From contig NW_013657640.1 of assembly GCF_000142905.1 (NCBI RefSeq), forward strand, positions 61,208 to 125,207: a stretch of 64,000 nt of DNA, read 5' to 3'. The position numbers were made by a program, and so were the translations under genes. Position 1 is the stretch's first letter, and every line of letters starts with the position of its first letter. This stretch comes from Thecamonas trahens ATCC 50062 (lineage: Eukaryota; Protista; Apusomonadida). The notes under the pieces are model-generated. The model saw only the letters and a list, made by a program, of their open reading frames with translations. It was not told where the DNA came from and did not search any database. Below, in pieces: positions 32,269-43,600 of the stretch.

Positions 32269-34833
32269 ATGCACATAACCCCTCCATCATGTTCTCGAAC
32301 TTTCCGTCTGTCGCCTTTCATCCTCGACCGCGTACGCTCTCTGGCGGCCGTGGCGGTGGTGCTGGCGGTGGTGGCGGCCGTGGCGGCCGTGGCCGACTCG
32401 TCACATGCGCCGTCTCCCGCCCGCTCTGCTGCCATCATCACACTCCGCTCGGCACATCCTCCCACAGTAGCTGCTTCATTGGATGCGCTCATCAATGCTG
32501 CTGATGTCGCAAAGGGTGACATTCATCTCGATGCGGTCTATCTCGTTCCCATCTTTCCGCTCTCGCCATCGGCGCAGCATGCCATCGACGCTATCATCGA
32601 GGCCGCCGTCACGACTGCGACTCATGGTTCTGGCCGTGCTTTGCTGCCGACTCCCGACGTGGTGCTGGTCGATGCCCATGTTGAGCGCTTTGACCGGAGG
32701 TCAGGCTACAGTCGCCGCGGCGATGACGTGTGGCGGTGGCGATCGTCCGATGATTGGATGCTGTCGGGCGTGGACAACGAGCCGGGTCCGCTGGGCCTTG
32801 GCGTGCCACGGGCGCTGGCAGCAGCAATGGCGGTTATGGACAGCAGTGTTGACATTGTACTTGTCATTGCTGACTATGTCCAGCTCACGCCAGGCGCCCT
32901 GACTGTTCTGGGAGCCGGTGATGGGGGGCTGGCCCCGGGCGTGGTGGTCCAGGGCATGGTGGTCGACGCCCACGATCGGGCGCTTGTCACCTCGCTGGAA
33001 ATGATGCTGGCTCCATACACTGCAGAGACGTTTGTGCGCACTGCCAGGAGTGGAAGCGAGAGCGAGGGTCCCGAGCTTCATGGCCTTGTCCCGCTTCCGC
33101 TCGACACGCTCGCCGGCTACCACGCGTCGCACCTGGATCTGCAAGCGCCGGCCACTGTGGCGGCAGGCAGGTTCACGACTCTCGGGGCGCTAGCGCGAAC
33201 GACTCTGGTCGAGTTGCTAGACGCTGCCGCTGTATCAGGCACGCTCGACGATCCGGCACTGGTCTTTGAGCTTGACGCGTGCGTGGGCAACGCAGCGGTG
33301 GTCGCAGTCGAGTTTCGGCCTGCGATGAGAGGCCTGGCGTACATCGAGTCAGTGGACGTGGCTGCTGCTCCGCTTGGCGAGGCGACTGCGTACGCTGGCA
33401 TTGACTTTGCCTATGCTGGTCTCCTTGCCCGCCGTGGCGACGCGCTTCGCGGCTCTGCGGTTGCCGACCGCGATCCGGAGCTCGACGGCTTGACTCTGGT
33501 GTGGAACATGGAGTGCGGCGCAGGACAGACGCTCGGATTTACGATGGAAGCGGTAGGTTTTGCGCTTGCACTCCGGCGGAAGGTTGATCTCGCGCTGCAG
33601 GTCACGTCGTGGTCGTCGTGCGCAGACGAGTTGGCCAAGGTGTCGCTACCTGGTGGTGCTCGTGACGTTGTGCTCCGGCTTGCGCATCACGACATGCTCG
33701 AGCGATTTCGGTTGGGATGGGGGGAGACTGCCTCGCCCCCGCACGAGCGGCCGCGTGTTGCGCTTGTCATCCATCGCGACCCTGGGCGGTACCGCTCGTT
33801 TGTGGAGCGAGCGCGGCGGAGCCTGGGCAAGGCACAGGTGTATGTCATCGGCCGGTCTATGTACGAGACGTCGAGCATTCCGGACGACTGGGTCGAGCCA
33901 TGTAGCGATGACGGTGTTGTTCGTGAGATTTGGCTCCCGACCCAGTTCAATGTGGACACGTTTTCGAAGCGCGGCGTGGCGCAGGCCCGGCTTCGGGTGG
34001 TGGCCGAGCCGGTCGATGTCGGGGCGTTTCATCCCGGGGTGCGGAACGCGGCACGCGACGATGTGTTTGACGTGCTGGCACTCCACAAGTGGGAGCCGCG
34101 CAAGGGCGGCGACGTGCTGCTCGCTGCGTTTGCCAGCGAGTTTGGCGCCGATGACGCGGTAGCGCTGTGGATCCGGTCGCACATGGACGACGACAACGTG
34201 ATGGAGGCAATTGGCGCGGTGAGCCTGGCGGGCAGCGGGCCAGGCACGGGGCCGAGCATCACCATTCTGGGCGGCACGGTCGAGAGCGCGATGCTGCCGG
34301 TCTTCTACGGCTCGTTTGACGCGTTTGTGCTTCCTACCCGTGGCGAGGGCTGGGGCCTCCCGATTGTGGAGGCGCTGGCTGTGGGCGTGCCGGTGGCGGC
34401 GACCAACGTCTCGGGCACGACCGCATACCTCGATGCTACTGTGGCGTGGCCGCTAGCCTACGAGCTCAGCGAGGCCGATTCGGGGGTAGGCCAGTGGGCT
34501 GAGCCGTCGGTGGCGAGCACACGGGCGCAGCTGCGGCGGATGTATGACGACTGGGCCAACAACGGCGGCGAAGCTGCGAGCAGAGCTGCACGAGGGGTGG
34601 AGCGGATTCGCGCGCAGTATTCGTACCCGCAGCTGGCCGCTGCGGTGACAAGCGAGCTGGCTCGAGTGGCGGGGAGGCTTGAGGCTGATGTGGAGGCTGC
34701 GGCCAGCGCAGCGGCCGAGGCCGAGGACACGCCAGCGCCAGCACCGGGCGACAGTTCGTGGACGTTTGGTGAGGGCCGGCGCAAGACCAAGAAGGCGACA
34801 AAGGGCGGCCAGGTTTCGATGCGGATCAATTAG
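32269..34833 (+). CDS. Glycosyltransferase family 4 (group 1) with an N-terminal membrane anchor and an extended N-terminal domain
   Basis: KWEPRKGGDVLL and DAFVLPTRGEGWGLPIVEALAVGVPV (ExxG motif). Confidence 0.85.
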   Translation: MHITPPSCSRTFRLSPFILDRVRSLAAVAVVLAVVAAVAAVADSSHAPSPARSAAIITLRSAHPPTVAASLDALINAADVAKGDIHLDAVYLVPIFPLSPSAQHAIDAIIEAAVTTATHGSGRALLPTPDVVLVDAHVERFDRRSGYSRRGDDVWRWRSSDDWMLSGVDNEPGPLGLGVPRALAAAMAVMDSSVDIVLVIADYVQLTPGALTVLGAGDGGLAPGVVVQGMVVDAHDRALVTSLEMMLAPYTAETFVRTARSGSESEGPELHGLVPLPLDTLAGYHASHLDLQAPATVAAGRFTTLGALARTTLVELLDAAAVSGTLDDPALVFELDACVGNAAVVAVEFRPAMRGLAYIESVDVAAAPLGEATAYAGIDFAYAGLLARRGDALRGSAVADRDPELDGLTLVWNMECGAGQTLGFTMEAVGFALALRRKVDLALQVTSWSSCADELAKVSLPGGARDVVLRLAHHDMLERFRLGWGETASPPHERPRVALVIHRDPGRYRSFVERARRSLGKAQVYVIGRSMYETSSIPDDWVEPCSDDGVVREIWLPTQFNVDTFSKRGVAQARLRVVAEPVDVGAFHPGVRNAARDDVFDVLALHKWEPRKGGDVLLAAFASEFGADDAVALWIRSHMDDDNVMEAIGAVSLAGSGPGTGPSITILGGTVESAMLPVFYGSFDAFVLPTRGEGWGLPIVEALAVGVPVAATNVSGTTAYLDATVAWPLAYELSEADSGVGQWAEPSVASTRAQLRRMYDDWANNGGEAASRAARGVERIRAQYSYPQLAAAVTSELARVAGRLEADVEAAASAAAEAEDTPAPAPGDSSWTFGEGRRKTKKATKGGQVSMRIN

Positions 34834-36544
34834 GTGAGGGCGAGCCTGGCGGCGGCGGCGCGCGGAACCGCATGACCGGGTCGGGATAGTGCGGAAAGAC
34901 GTCGAGATCGCCGTACTGCGCCGCGAGCACGTCGAGCGATCTGGTCTGCAGCCACTCGACAAGCGACGAAGCGCCAGGGGTGTAGCCGTCGTCGCGGGAG
35001 CGGGCCATGGTGATGAGGGAAGGCGAAGCGAGCTCGGGGCGGGCCAAAAAGTGCGCCATGCCGGAGAGCAAGTGCTCCATCTCGTCACGGGTAACGAGCG
35101 CATGCGGCAGGTCGTGCATCTCGCCGGAGAGCAGGACGTCCTCCCAGTCGAGGTCCGGAGTAAAGGTGGCGAAGCCGTCTGGATCGTTCGAGTCTGCGGC
35201 GGACACCGGCGGATAAGAGGCGACCGAAGACGTGGGCAGCGTCGATGCGCTCGATGCCTCCATGCGGAGCAGGGTCTCGCGGAAGAGGGCGTAGAGGCCT
35301 GAGACCGGCTCGATGTCGCCGCCATAGGTGTCTGCGTAGAGGTCAGGGAGGCCGAGAGCGACGACCTCGTCCCAGAACACATCGTTGGGCTTGCGGTAGA
35401 TGCGATCGCGAACGAGGCGCTTGATACCATGGTTAAAGAGCTCAAAGCATGTCCGGCGCTTTGCAGTGTCCCAGCGGCGGGTGTCATAGTCCCAAACCGC
35501 TTGGAAGACAGCAAAGGTGCCCGGCCCGTAGTCGCGGTCGTAGTCGAGCAGAAACGGGTTTGCAACGTTGAAAAAGTCGAGGCAGACGTCGACGACGACG
35601 GCAGATGTCATCTCAATATCGACAGTGTTGACCGGGAGCAAGTGGTCGTGATCGGCGGAGCATGGGCGAGCTGGGAGCGAGACAACGTCGATGCGGACGG
35701 GCTTAGCGTTGACAAGCTCGTCGCGCGGGGCGGAGACGTCGTCAAAGTACAAATTCTCGCAGCCGATGCGGAGGACGCCTTCTGCGTTCTCACCTACCCA
35801 TGCAACAAACGAGGTGTTGGCAGTGGCCGGATCGGTGCCCGGATCGTGCTCCGGGTTGGCCTCGACAGCGCCAGTGGCCGGATTGTACAGCACAGCCGGC
35901 GGCATCTCCACAAACTGCTTGGCCCACGGCGGCTTGATCCAGACAAAGTGCGAGAGGTAGCCCGAGTAGACAGCGGGCATGATGAACTCTGAGATGGAGA
36001 CTGCATCAAAGAGCGCGGCTGGGCGAGCCACTGTCTCCGGCCGTAGCTCCATGGGCAGACCAGCATCGGGATGCGAATCAAAGTGGACCAGGGTGATGCC
36101 CGAGGTGGGAAGCTTCTTCCGCCCGATAGCCCGGTAGATGTACTGCAGCACATCGTTGTGATCATCCACAATGTGTGCCTCCAGCCGCGCCTTTCCCCGC
36201 TGAAGCCGACCGGTCTTCCTTGCCCATGCCGCCAGCCCATCACGCGCCATGCCCGATCCAGCCGTGGCCGCTCTGGCCGTCACCGGCTTGCCTGATGCAG
36301 CCGCGCCTGATCCCGTCGTCGCCTCATCCAATTCAGCCGCGGCCGATCCCGTCATTGGCTTGCCTGATTCAGCGGCGTCTGTCGTCGCCTCTGTCGCGGC
36401 TCTCGCCGCTGCCCGACCAGACCCTTGCTCGCGGTCTCGGGAGCGGTCGTTGGTGGTGGCGGTGGCCCCTGCTGGGTCCACCACCCGTATGACCACCTCG
36501 GGAGGGCAGGTCCATGTGTTGAAAGGCTGGTCTCCGGAGGACAT
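34826..36544 (-). CDS. UPF0489 / C5orf22-like protein
   Basis: HIVDDHNDVL...LVHFDSHPD...SISEFIMPAVY...WIKPPWA...DVCLDFF...ITMARSRDDGYTP. Confidence 0.85.
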   Translation of the reverse strand: MSSGDQPFNTWTCPPEVVIRVVDPAGATATTNDRSRDREQGSGRAAARAATEATTDAAESGKPMTGSAAAELDEATTGSGAAASGKPVTARAATAGSGMARDGLAAWARKTGRLQRGKARLEAHIVDDHNDVLQYIYRAIGRKKLPTSGITLVHFDSHPDAGLPMELRPETVARPAALFDAVSISEFIMPAVYSGYLSHFVWIKPPWAKQFVEMPPAVLYNPATGAVEANPEHDPGTDPATANTSFVAWVGENAEGVLRIGCENLYFDDVSAPRDELVNAKPVRIDVVSLPARPCSADHDHLLPVNTVDIEMTSAVVVDVCLDFFNVANPFLLDYDRDYGPGTFAVFQAVWDYDTRRWDTAKRRTCFELFNHGIKRLVRDRIYRKPNDVFWDEVVALGLPDLYADTYGGDIEPVSGLYALFRETLLRMEASSASTLPTSSVASYPPVSAADSNDPDGFATFTPDLDWEDVLLSGEMHDLPHALVTRDEMEHLLSGMAHFLARPELASPSLITMARSRDDGYTPGASSLVEWLQTRSLDVLAAQYGDLDVFPHYPDPVMRFRAPPPPGSPSPN

Positions 36545-36709
36545 GGGGGAAGGAGGGGTGCGGTGGAGTGCGATGGGGTGCGGAGGCGGAGGGGCGCGGC
36601 CACATTGGCACAGACTTTGGAGGCGGAGGAGCAGAGGAACCACAAGATATGCCAGAGATGGTGTGACCACCACGGCTACCTTGTCAGATCATAGTGGGTA
36701 CATCACATT

Positions 36710-37245
36710 CATCCATCTCTCCATCCATCTCCCCATCACAGTCATCCATCTCCCCATCACAGTCATCCATCTCCCCATCACAGTCATCCATACCCCCATC
36801 ACAGTCATCCATACCCCCATCACAGTCATCCATACCCCCATCACAGTCATCCATACCCCCATCACAGTCATCCATACCCCCATCACAGTCATCCATCTCC
36901 CCATCACAGTCATCCATACCCCCATCACAGTCATCCATNNNNNNNNNNNNNNNNNNNNNNNNNNNNNNNNNNNNNNNNNNNNNNNNNNNNNNNNNNNNNN
37001 NNNNNNNNNNNNNNNNNNNNNNNNNNNNNNNNNNNNNNACAGTCATCCATACCCCCATCACAGTCATCCATACCCCCATCACAGTCATCCATACCCCCAT
37101 CACAGTCATCCATCTCCCCATCACAGTCATCCATACCCCCATCACAGTCATCCATACCCCCATCACAGTCATCCATACCCCCATCACAGTCATCCATACC
37201 CCCATCACAGTCATCCATACCCCCATCACAGTCATCCATACCCCC
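36710..37245. repeat. 21-bp minisatellite (ATCACAGTCATCCAT[A/C][C/T]CCCC) spanning an assembly gap
   Basis: About 10 near-identical units on each side of the N run, in two unit variants. Confidence 0.92.
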
Positions 37246-37445
37246 CCCCCACTGCATCCCTCCATACCCCCCCCCTCCCCCCTGACATGTCCGCCAGTCA
37301 GCCTTCTTCGTTTCCTCCTCTCTTTCACAGGCAGGCAAGAGACGAGCACGGTGACCACAGGGAGCACCGCAGCAACCACTCCACGCCAGGTGAGAGAGCA
37401 GGACAGGTACTGGAGTCAGGAGACACATAGGTATACCTGTGAAGG

Positions 37446-38981
37446 ATGTCTGGAAGTGGACGGCCGAGGCCAAGTGCAGACGGCGGAGGGTCGACGACAG
37501 GGAAGACCACGACGACGACGACGACGACGACGGGGACGGGGACGGGGACGGGGACAGGAGAAGGGAGCGGACGGAGGCTGTGCATGGCCAAGACCGCCAA
37601 GAACAAAGCATGCTTGCTGCCCGAGTCGCTTCGCTGGCGTGATGGCTACTGCTCCGTCCACTCGCCCAACCAGTTGGAGCACGAGGAGGCTGCAGCCAGG
37701 GCAAAGGAGCTGGCCAAGAAGAAGCTGACAACCTCGCGGGAGACATATGCTGCGCAGAGGAGCTACTCGTCAGACTCGGACCTTTCTGCCTCTCAGTGTG
37801 CCGGTGATCCAGCTGCTGCTGCCGCCGCTCTGGCAGAGGCCGGCCTCTCCACCGGTTCGCTGGACGCCGGCTTTGGCCTCGGCTCTGCCTCGCTCCAGGC
37901 CGGTAGCAGCTCTACAAGCTTTGGTAACGGAGTCGTCGTGGTCTCCTCGGGCTCGCTTGGTGAGGGAAGCTCGGCAGACGAGGCCGGGCTCGCCACTACC
38001 GTGCCTGCCCTGCTGCAGCGCACGGGCGCGTCGACGGCGTCGATCGACTCGGATGACGTGGTCATTATGCGAATGACCGGCGGGATGGCCGGCGTCGACG
38101 ACGGCAGCTCACTGGCTGCCAAGCGCAACTTGCCGCCACTGGCCGTCGACACGGCAGCGCCTGCGTCGGTGCTCTCGGACTCGCCGTCGATCGACTCGCC
38201 GCTGGCCACACCGCAGCTGGCGTACTCACGGAGGGAAAAAGTCGGCATCGCCGGCGGCGATGACCACGTCTCGTGGCGCGGCTCACTCTCCATCGTTCTT
38301 GATCTGGACGAGACTCTCGTCGCTGCCCAAGAGGGCCATCCGGATATGCCACTGGAGATGCATGACACCCACCAGATTTTCCTCGACGATGACCACACCG
38401 AGCCGATGACCATCGCCGTCCGCCCGTGGGCCACCCGCTTCCTGTGGTATCTCAACGAGGAGGGATTCGAGGTCTACGTCCTCACCGCTGGCTCGCAGTC
38501 GTACTGCACCGCCGTCGTCGAGCTCCTCAACTCGCTGCTGGATAAGCCCGTCATTCTCGCCGGCGCCTCGTGCCGCGACCAGTTTGGCCGCGTCCAGGCC
38601 AAGCGCTTCGAGCAAGTTCTTCCGCCGTACGTCCTCCCGGCGTTTGCCATCGGCGTCGACAACAAGCGCGCCGCCTTTCACGAAAAGTACCAGTCGCAAG
38701 TCATCGTCGTCGCAGACTACCTCCCCTCGTGGCCGCACTCGGTCGCCCAGACCGTTCTCATGGACGTTCTCAACACCGCCCTCCACATCGCCTACCACTT
38801 TGAGCGCCACTACGCTCGCACAGGCACCTTCAAGCCCACAGGCGCCATCCTCTCCGGCATCTACGAAGAGCGCGAGAAGGAGCGCATGGCCTCACAGGCC
38901 CACTCGTTTGCCTTTACCCATCCGCAGGACACCGGCGGGCCCGACTCGTTCCTTGCCTTTCTTCGTGCCCGCGAGGCGTAG
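37446..38981 (+). CDS. FCP1/SCP-type (NIF) HAD phosphatase with an N-terminal C-x9-C-x12-C-x2-H cluster
   Basis: IVLDLDETLV, VRPWATRFL, EVYVLTAGSQSY and IGVDN motifs. Start uncertain. Confidence 0.82.
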   Translation: MSGSGRPRPSADGGGSTTGKTTTTTTTTTGTGTGTGTGEGSGRRLCMAKTAKNKACLLPESLRWRDGYCSVHSPNQLEHEEAAARAKELAKKKLTTSRETYAAQRSYSSDSDLSASQCAGDPAAAAAALAEAGLSTGSLDAGFGLGSASLQAGSSSTSFGNGVVVVSSGSLGEGSSADEAGLATTVPALLQRTGASTASIDSDDVVIMRMTGGMAGVDDGSSLAAKRNLPPLAVDTAAPASVLSDSPSIDSPLATPQLAYSRREKVGIAGGDDHVSWRGSLSIVLDLDETLVAAQEGHPDMPLEMHDTHQIFLDDDHTEPMTIAVRPWATRFLWYLNEEGFEVYVLTAGSQSYCTAVVELLNSLLDKPVILAGASCRDQFGRVQAKRFEQVLPPYVLPAFAIGVDNKRAAFHEKYQSQVIVVADYLPSWPHSVAQTVLMDVLNTALHIAYHFERHYARTGTFKPTGAILSGIYEEREKERMASQAHSFAFTHPQDTGGPDSFLAFLRAREA

Positions 38982-39117
38982 CCCCGACTCAGCAACCTCT
39001 ACACACGCTCCAGCCACCTCACCATGGCCACTCCACACGCTCACTTGCATCGCATTTGTAGTCTTTACCCGCCAGATTCTGCACAGAATCTCGAGACAGC
39101 CGCACACACCTCGTCAC

Positions 39118-39264
39118 CTACTCGGCGTCGATGTTGGCCTGCTGCATCAGATCCGAAATGCTCTTCTCCAGATCGTCGATCCGCGAGCCCATCTCATCGA
39201 CTGCACCCCATCCACGACCTACCGTGAGTCCCATCACAAGCACACGAGAACACACACGCACACA

Positions 39265-39303
<39 letters not shown>

Positions 39304-40193
39304 CTTTCCACAAACGTACTCCGGCCGATGATCTGATCCGACATGCCCTGGAATCGCTCTTGCTGCACACGCCGCCCGTCAACCACGTGAGTTCACCCCG
39401 CCCACTCGACACCAACATTCTGCTCCTCACCCGACACACACACGTACCATTTGGCCAAGCAGCTCTTGGACCTGCACAACCCAGCCGAACGACCACACGC
39501 CCCCCACAGCCCATTCCCATGGCACACCACCGTTCCCCCACACACACAGTGAAACAACGATCACCACCAGCACCAGCACCAGTCAGCATCACCAACCCCA
39601 ACAGAGCAGCAAGACCAGTAGAGCAGCAGGAGCAACCGCCAGCAAGACCAGCACCACCACCACGCCCACGCCCAGCAAGACCAGCACCACCACCACCACC
39701 ACCACCAACAAGCAACCACCAGCAAGACCAGGACCACCACCAGCAACCACCCAGCACCACCACAAGCAACCACCCATCACCACCATCAGCAACCGCATAC
39801 CCACATGACACGAATATTACATATACACGTATGTGTGTGCGTCTCCCTCTCTCTGTGAGTACACAACCCGCAACCGACCTCGGAACAGCAGGCGAACGAC
39901 GACGACGACGACGGCAACCACCACCACCACCACCACCACCACCACCACCACCACCATGCCCACCCCCACACCACCCCCACACCCCACACACACAGAGAGA
40001 GAGACATATGACGTACAAACTGGGTAAGGTCCTGGGCAGACTCTGGCTCGGCGCCAGCAGAGGAAGCAGCAGCATCAGTCTTGGACGCGCCCTTCCGCTC
40101 CACAGCACCGGAAGAACGGCGGGAAGCACCACCACCACCACCACCACGACGGCTGCGGGAGGAGGAGTCATTGCCACGGCGACGAGAGGACAT
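39118..40193 (-). CDS. HSBP1: Heat shock factor-binding protein 1; exons 40193-40017, 39471-39448, 39362-39320, 39200-39118
   Basis: Spliced AQDLTQF|VQELLGQM|QERFQGMSDQIIGR|IDEMGSRIDDLEKSISDLMQQA. Three GTACGT...CAG introns; the exons total 327 nt in frame. Confidence 0.93.
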
Positions 40194-40668
40194 AGTTACA
40201 AGGGAAGGAGGGAAGAGGGGGGGGGGAGGAGGAGGGGGAGGTCCAGAGTTAAGTAGCTACTCTTGCCCCTGCTCCGGCTCTGGCTCCGGCTCTGGCTCTG
40301 GCTCTGACTCTGGCTCCGACTCCTGCTGCTGCTCCTGTGGCTGCTCCTGCGGCTGCTTGCTGCCTAACCGACTGCCTCCCATCGCCCGCCGCAACATCAC
40401 TCATCGCCCATCGCCCATCACACCATCGCCCATAGCCCATAGCCCATAGCCCATAGCCCATAGCCCATCATCGTCCATCGATACCAAACACAATACACAA
40501 TCACAATGCAAGTGTACATCGCAAGTACGGCAATCATGTTGATGATGCTGTGCGGCGTGCCTTAGGCCCAAACCCGGTCTCCTCGTGCGCCAAATCCCAT
40601 CATGTTGATCACGATCACGATCACGATCACGAACATGATCACCTCTCCCCGCCATTCCCCCCCCCCCC

Positions 40669-43600
40669 ATGGAGCCACACCACATATACCGCCCCGCACA
40701 TGCGCCTGCGCTCCGTATTGTTGGGTACAGGACGCTGGCGTTAGGGCAAGGGGAGGTGCAAGGTTCTGCAGCAGAGCTGGTGGGGAAGCCAAAGCCACGG
40801 CCGCCGCCACAGCCGCCACCGGCTCACAACCGGCCGCGCCCACCGCCGCATCGGTCGTACCACTTGCCGTATGCGGTGACGACTCTCGCTCTGGGTGCCA
40901 GCCATCGAGGACCATCGCTTTCTTCGCCTCGGGACCAGCGCCCTCTCCCGCCGCTGCAACCGCGCCCGCCGCAAGACGAGCCGCTCCCTGCTTTGTCGCG
41001 GGCCGTGACGGCCTCGGCCGGCTCGCTCGCCTCGACAGCCTCCTCCGTCTCGCTCACTGCCCATCTCCAGACCCGGCCTATCCATGTCGCGCATCCGCCG
41101 CCGGCTCTTCACCCTACCCCGCACTCTCGCTCTCGTCGACCTGCTCCGCCCGTCCCGCCTCGCCGCCGTTCGCCGCTTCCGCTGATGAACGCTCTCGTCG
41201 TGACTTCGCTCCAGCTCAAGCCGCGCGATGCTGCGCTCCACGCGCTTGCCCGCCCAGCGCCCGCGCCCGTTGCATACGTCAACATCTACGGCGACTGGGA
41301 GGTGGCGCAACGGTTGCCGCCACAGCTGTCGGTCCTCGTCCAGCCTTCGTCGCGCTTGAAAGGCCGTACAAGCCCTGCAGCTTCGCCGCCCACCCGCCCG
41401 CCTCCGCCTTGGCTGGACCACACGCTCGCTGAGCTGAGCTCGGCCACCGCTGCTGTCCGTGAGATCATGACCGCACTGAAGCGGCATGACTCGGATGGGC
41501 ATCTTCCGACGCGGACTCTGCCTCGGCTCGCGCGCTCGTTAGCGCTCGTCGCCTCGGCGTCATCGGCCTCGCTCACCTCCACCGCAGATCCCGGTGAGGT
41601 CGCCGCCAACGCTGCCTCCCGCCTTGCGCTCATTGGTCGTAACGCTGAAGAAGCTGAGGCTGCACTCAGCGCTCTTGACGCCCTCGTCGCTGCCGAGCCG
41701 CACAAGTCGCTCCTCCACCACAACGTTGCGGTCATCCGCAACTCCATCCAGCGCCTCACGTCGGCTGTCATTCACCGACTCGACTTGGATCTGGAAATTG
41801 ATTCCAAGAGCGCCATGTCTGCAGGCGACGCCTGGGACCAAAGTCGCCGTGAGGATGCCAAACGCCGGACAGAGGCGATCATGCTCCGCCACGCCGCACT
41901 TCGCCGCATGCGTGAGCGCCCGCCGCCGCCACCGCCACCGCCGCCTCCGACTCTCGACCAAACTGTGCTTGTCACTACCTCGCTCTCGCCGGCAAAGCAG
42001 TATTCGGCCCAAGAGGTCTCAATCGCGGTCGACAAGGCGCGCAAAGCCGCCAAAGGTCTTGCGGCCGCGGCTACCACCGGCGACGATCGGGGCGTCGTCC
42101 TCTGGCACGACTCCTTTCGCCACTCGGTTCACACCCTGCACTCGGCTGCTGCCTCGGTCGCTGCCAAGCCGCAAGTCTCAGTTCCGAGCAAGACCCGCCT
42201 CACGCTCGCCACCATCGAGCTCGAGTCTGCCGTCACGGTTTTCGAGCCAGCTGTCGTCCGCGCCAAGGCTGTCGCCTCTTCCATCCTGCCGCCGTCGTTT
42301 GAGGCCGACGTCCTCCCTCCGCAGCACGCGCCGTCGTCAGCCGACGCGGCCTTGGTCATCCACGCCATCGACCGCGTCGACAATATCCTTGCCCCGCACC
42401 TCGACCTCGCGCCTGGCCAGCTGCCGCCGCTTGTCCCCTCGCTTGATTCGGTCTCGAATATTGTGCGCATCAAGCCGCCGGAGCCGCTCGAACCGTCGGC
42501 ACAACTCGTGCACATGCCCTCTGACCCGGGCTCGAGCTCGTCGTCGAGCTCGTTGTCACTATCAGCCATCCCACCGGGCATGTACGCTTCGTACTCGTAC
42601 TCATACTCGTCATACTCGATTCGGTCCTCGGACTCGACCTTTCACTCGTCGTCCAGCCTGGATCTCGTTTCGCCCGCGATTGACGAGAAGAAATGGTGGG
42701 AGGAAGCCGCTGAGCTGGAGCTGCTGGACGACGCTGATCTGGAGCTGATTTGGAGCAAGCATGTGCTCGAGCGCCGTGGCAAGCTCCTCTATGTGCCAGT
42801 CCTTGATCCTGTCGAGCTTCCATCAGGCATCTCCCACAAGTATCGCCGCTTCCGCACCCTTCGCACCGCGCGCAACCATTGGATCGTCGTCTTTTCCGCT
42901 CGTCCGCCGAAGGCGCTGCTACCCCGCGTTCGCTCACGCTGGAACCGCTTACCGAGGACGATGGCAAGCAGCCCAAATCGTGGCGTGCGCAGCAGCATCA
43001 CTCCGAAGCTGCATCGCGCCGCCGCGACACGGAGCTCACCGTTACTCATGTTGTCCGCGGCGACGCTGTGGTCGGCCGCGTTCGCAAGCGGCGCCGCAGG
43101 CTGCGAAGCATTGTCCGCTCGCCACTGCTGGCGCCTGCTTCTGCTGACAAGCCGGAAGCTCAACTTCTTGACGAGGTCCGCGACATGCTTGCCGCCTTTT
43201 TGCCCTCGCTCCCGGCCAACTACGGCGTCTCGCATCCATCTTGCTCGGACTCGTCCGACGGTTCAGCCGCAGCGTCGGCACTGAGCTCAGCTCCATCCTC
43301 AGTTTCGTCGTCTGTGTCGTTCTCAACGTCACCGAAGCTGCCACAGGCGCAGTCTGCACTCTCACCGCCGTTGCCGCCGCGCTCAATCTCGGCAGCCTCG
43401 GCCTCGCCGCGTCACGCCTCGAACGTGCGTGACTCTCAGACGCCCGGCTCGCCATCAGACAGCCTGTCACGCATCCGCACCGTGGCCGAGCGTCGCCTGC
43501 TTGCGGCCTCGCCGCGTCGCGCCATGTCGCTCGCCGAGTCGCGCAGTCGGATGGAGACCCGCAACAGCTCGGGCCTCTTATACAATGCCTCAGGCGATGC

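Noticed and set aside
36710-37245. Regular repeat array considered as CRISPR or as a coding repeat
   Set aside because: Head-to-tail 21-mers with no unique spacers, no cas genes and a eukaryotic context; it is a minisatellite.
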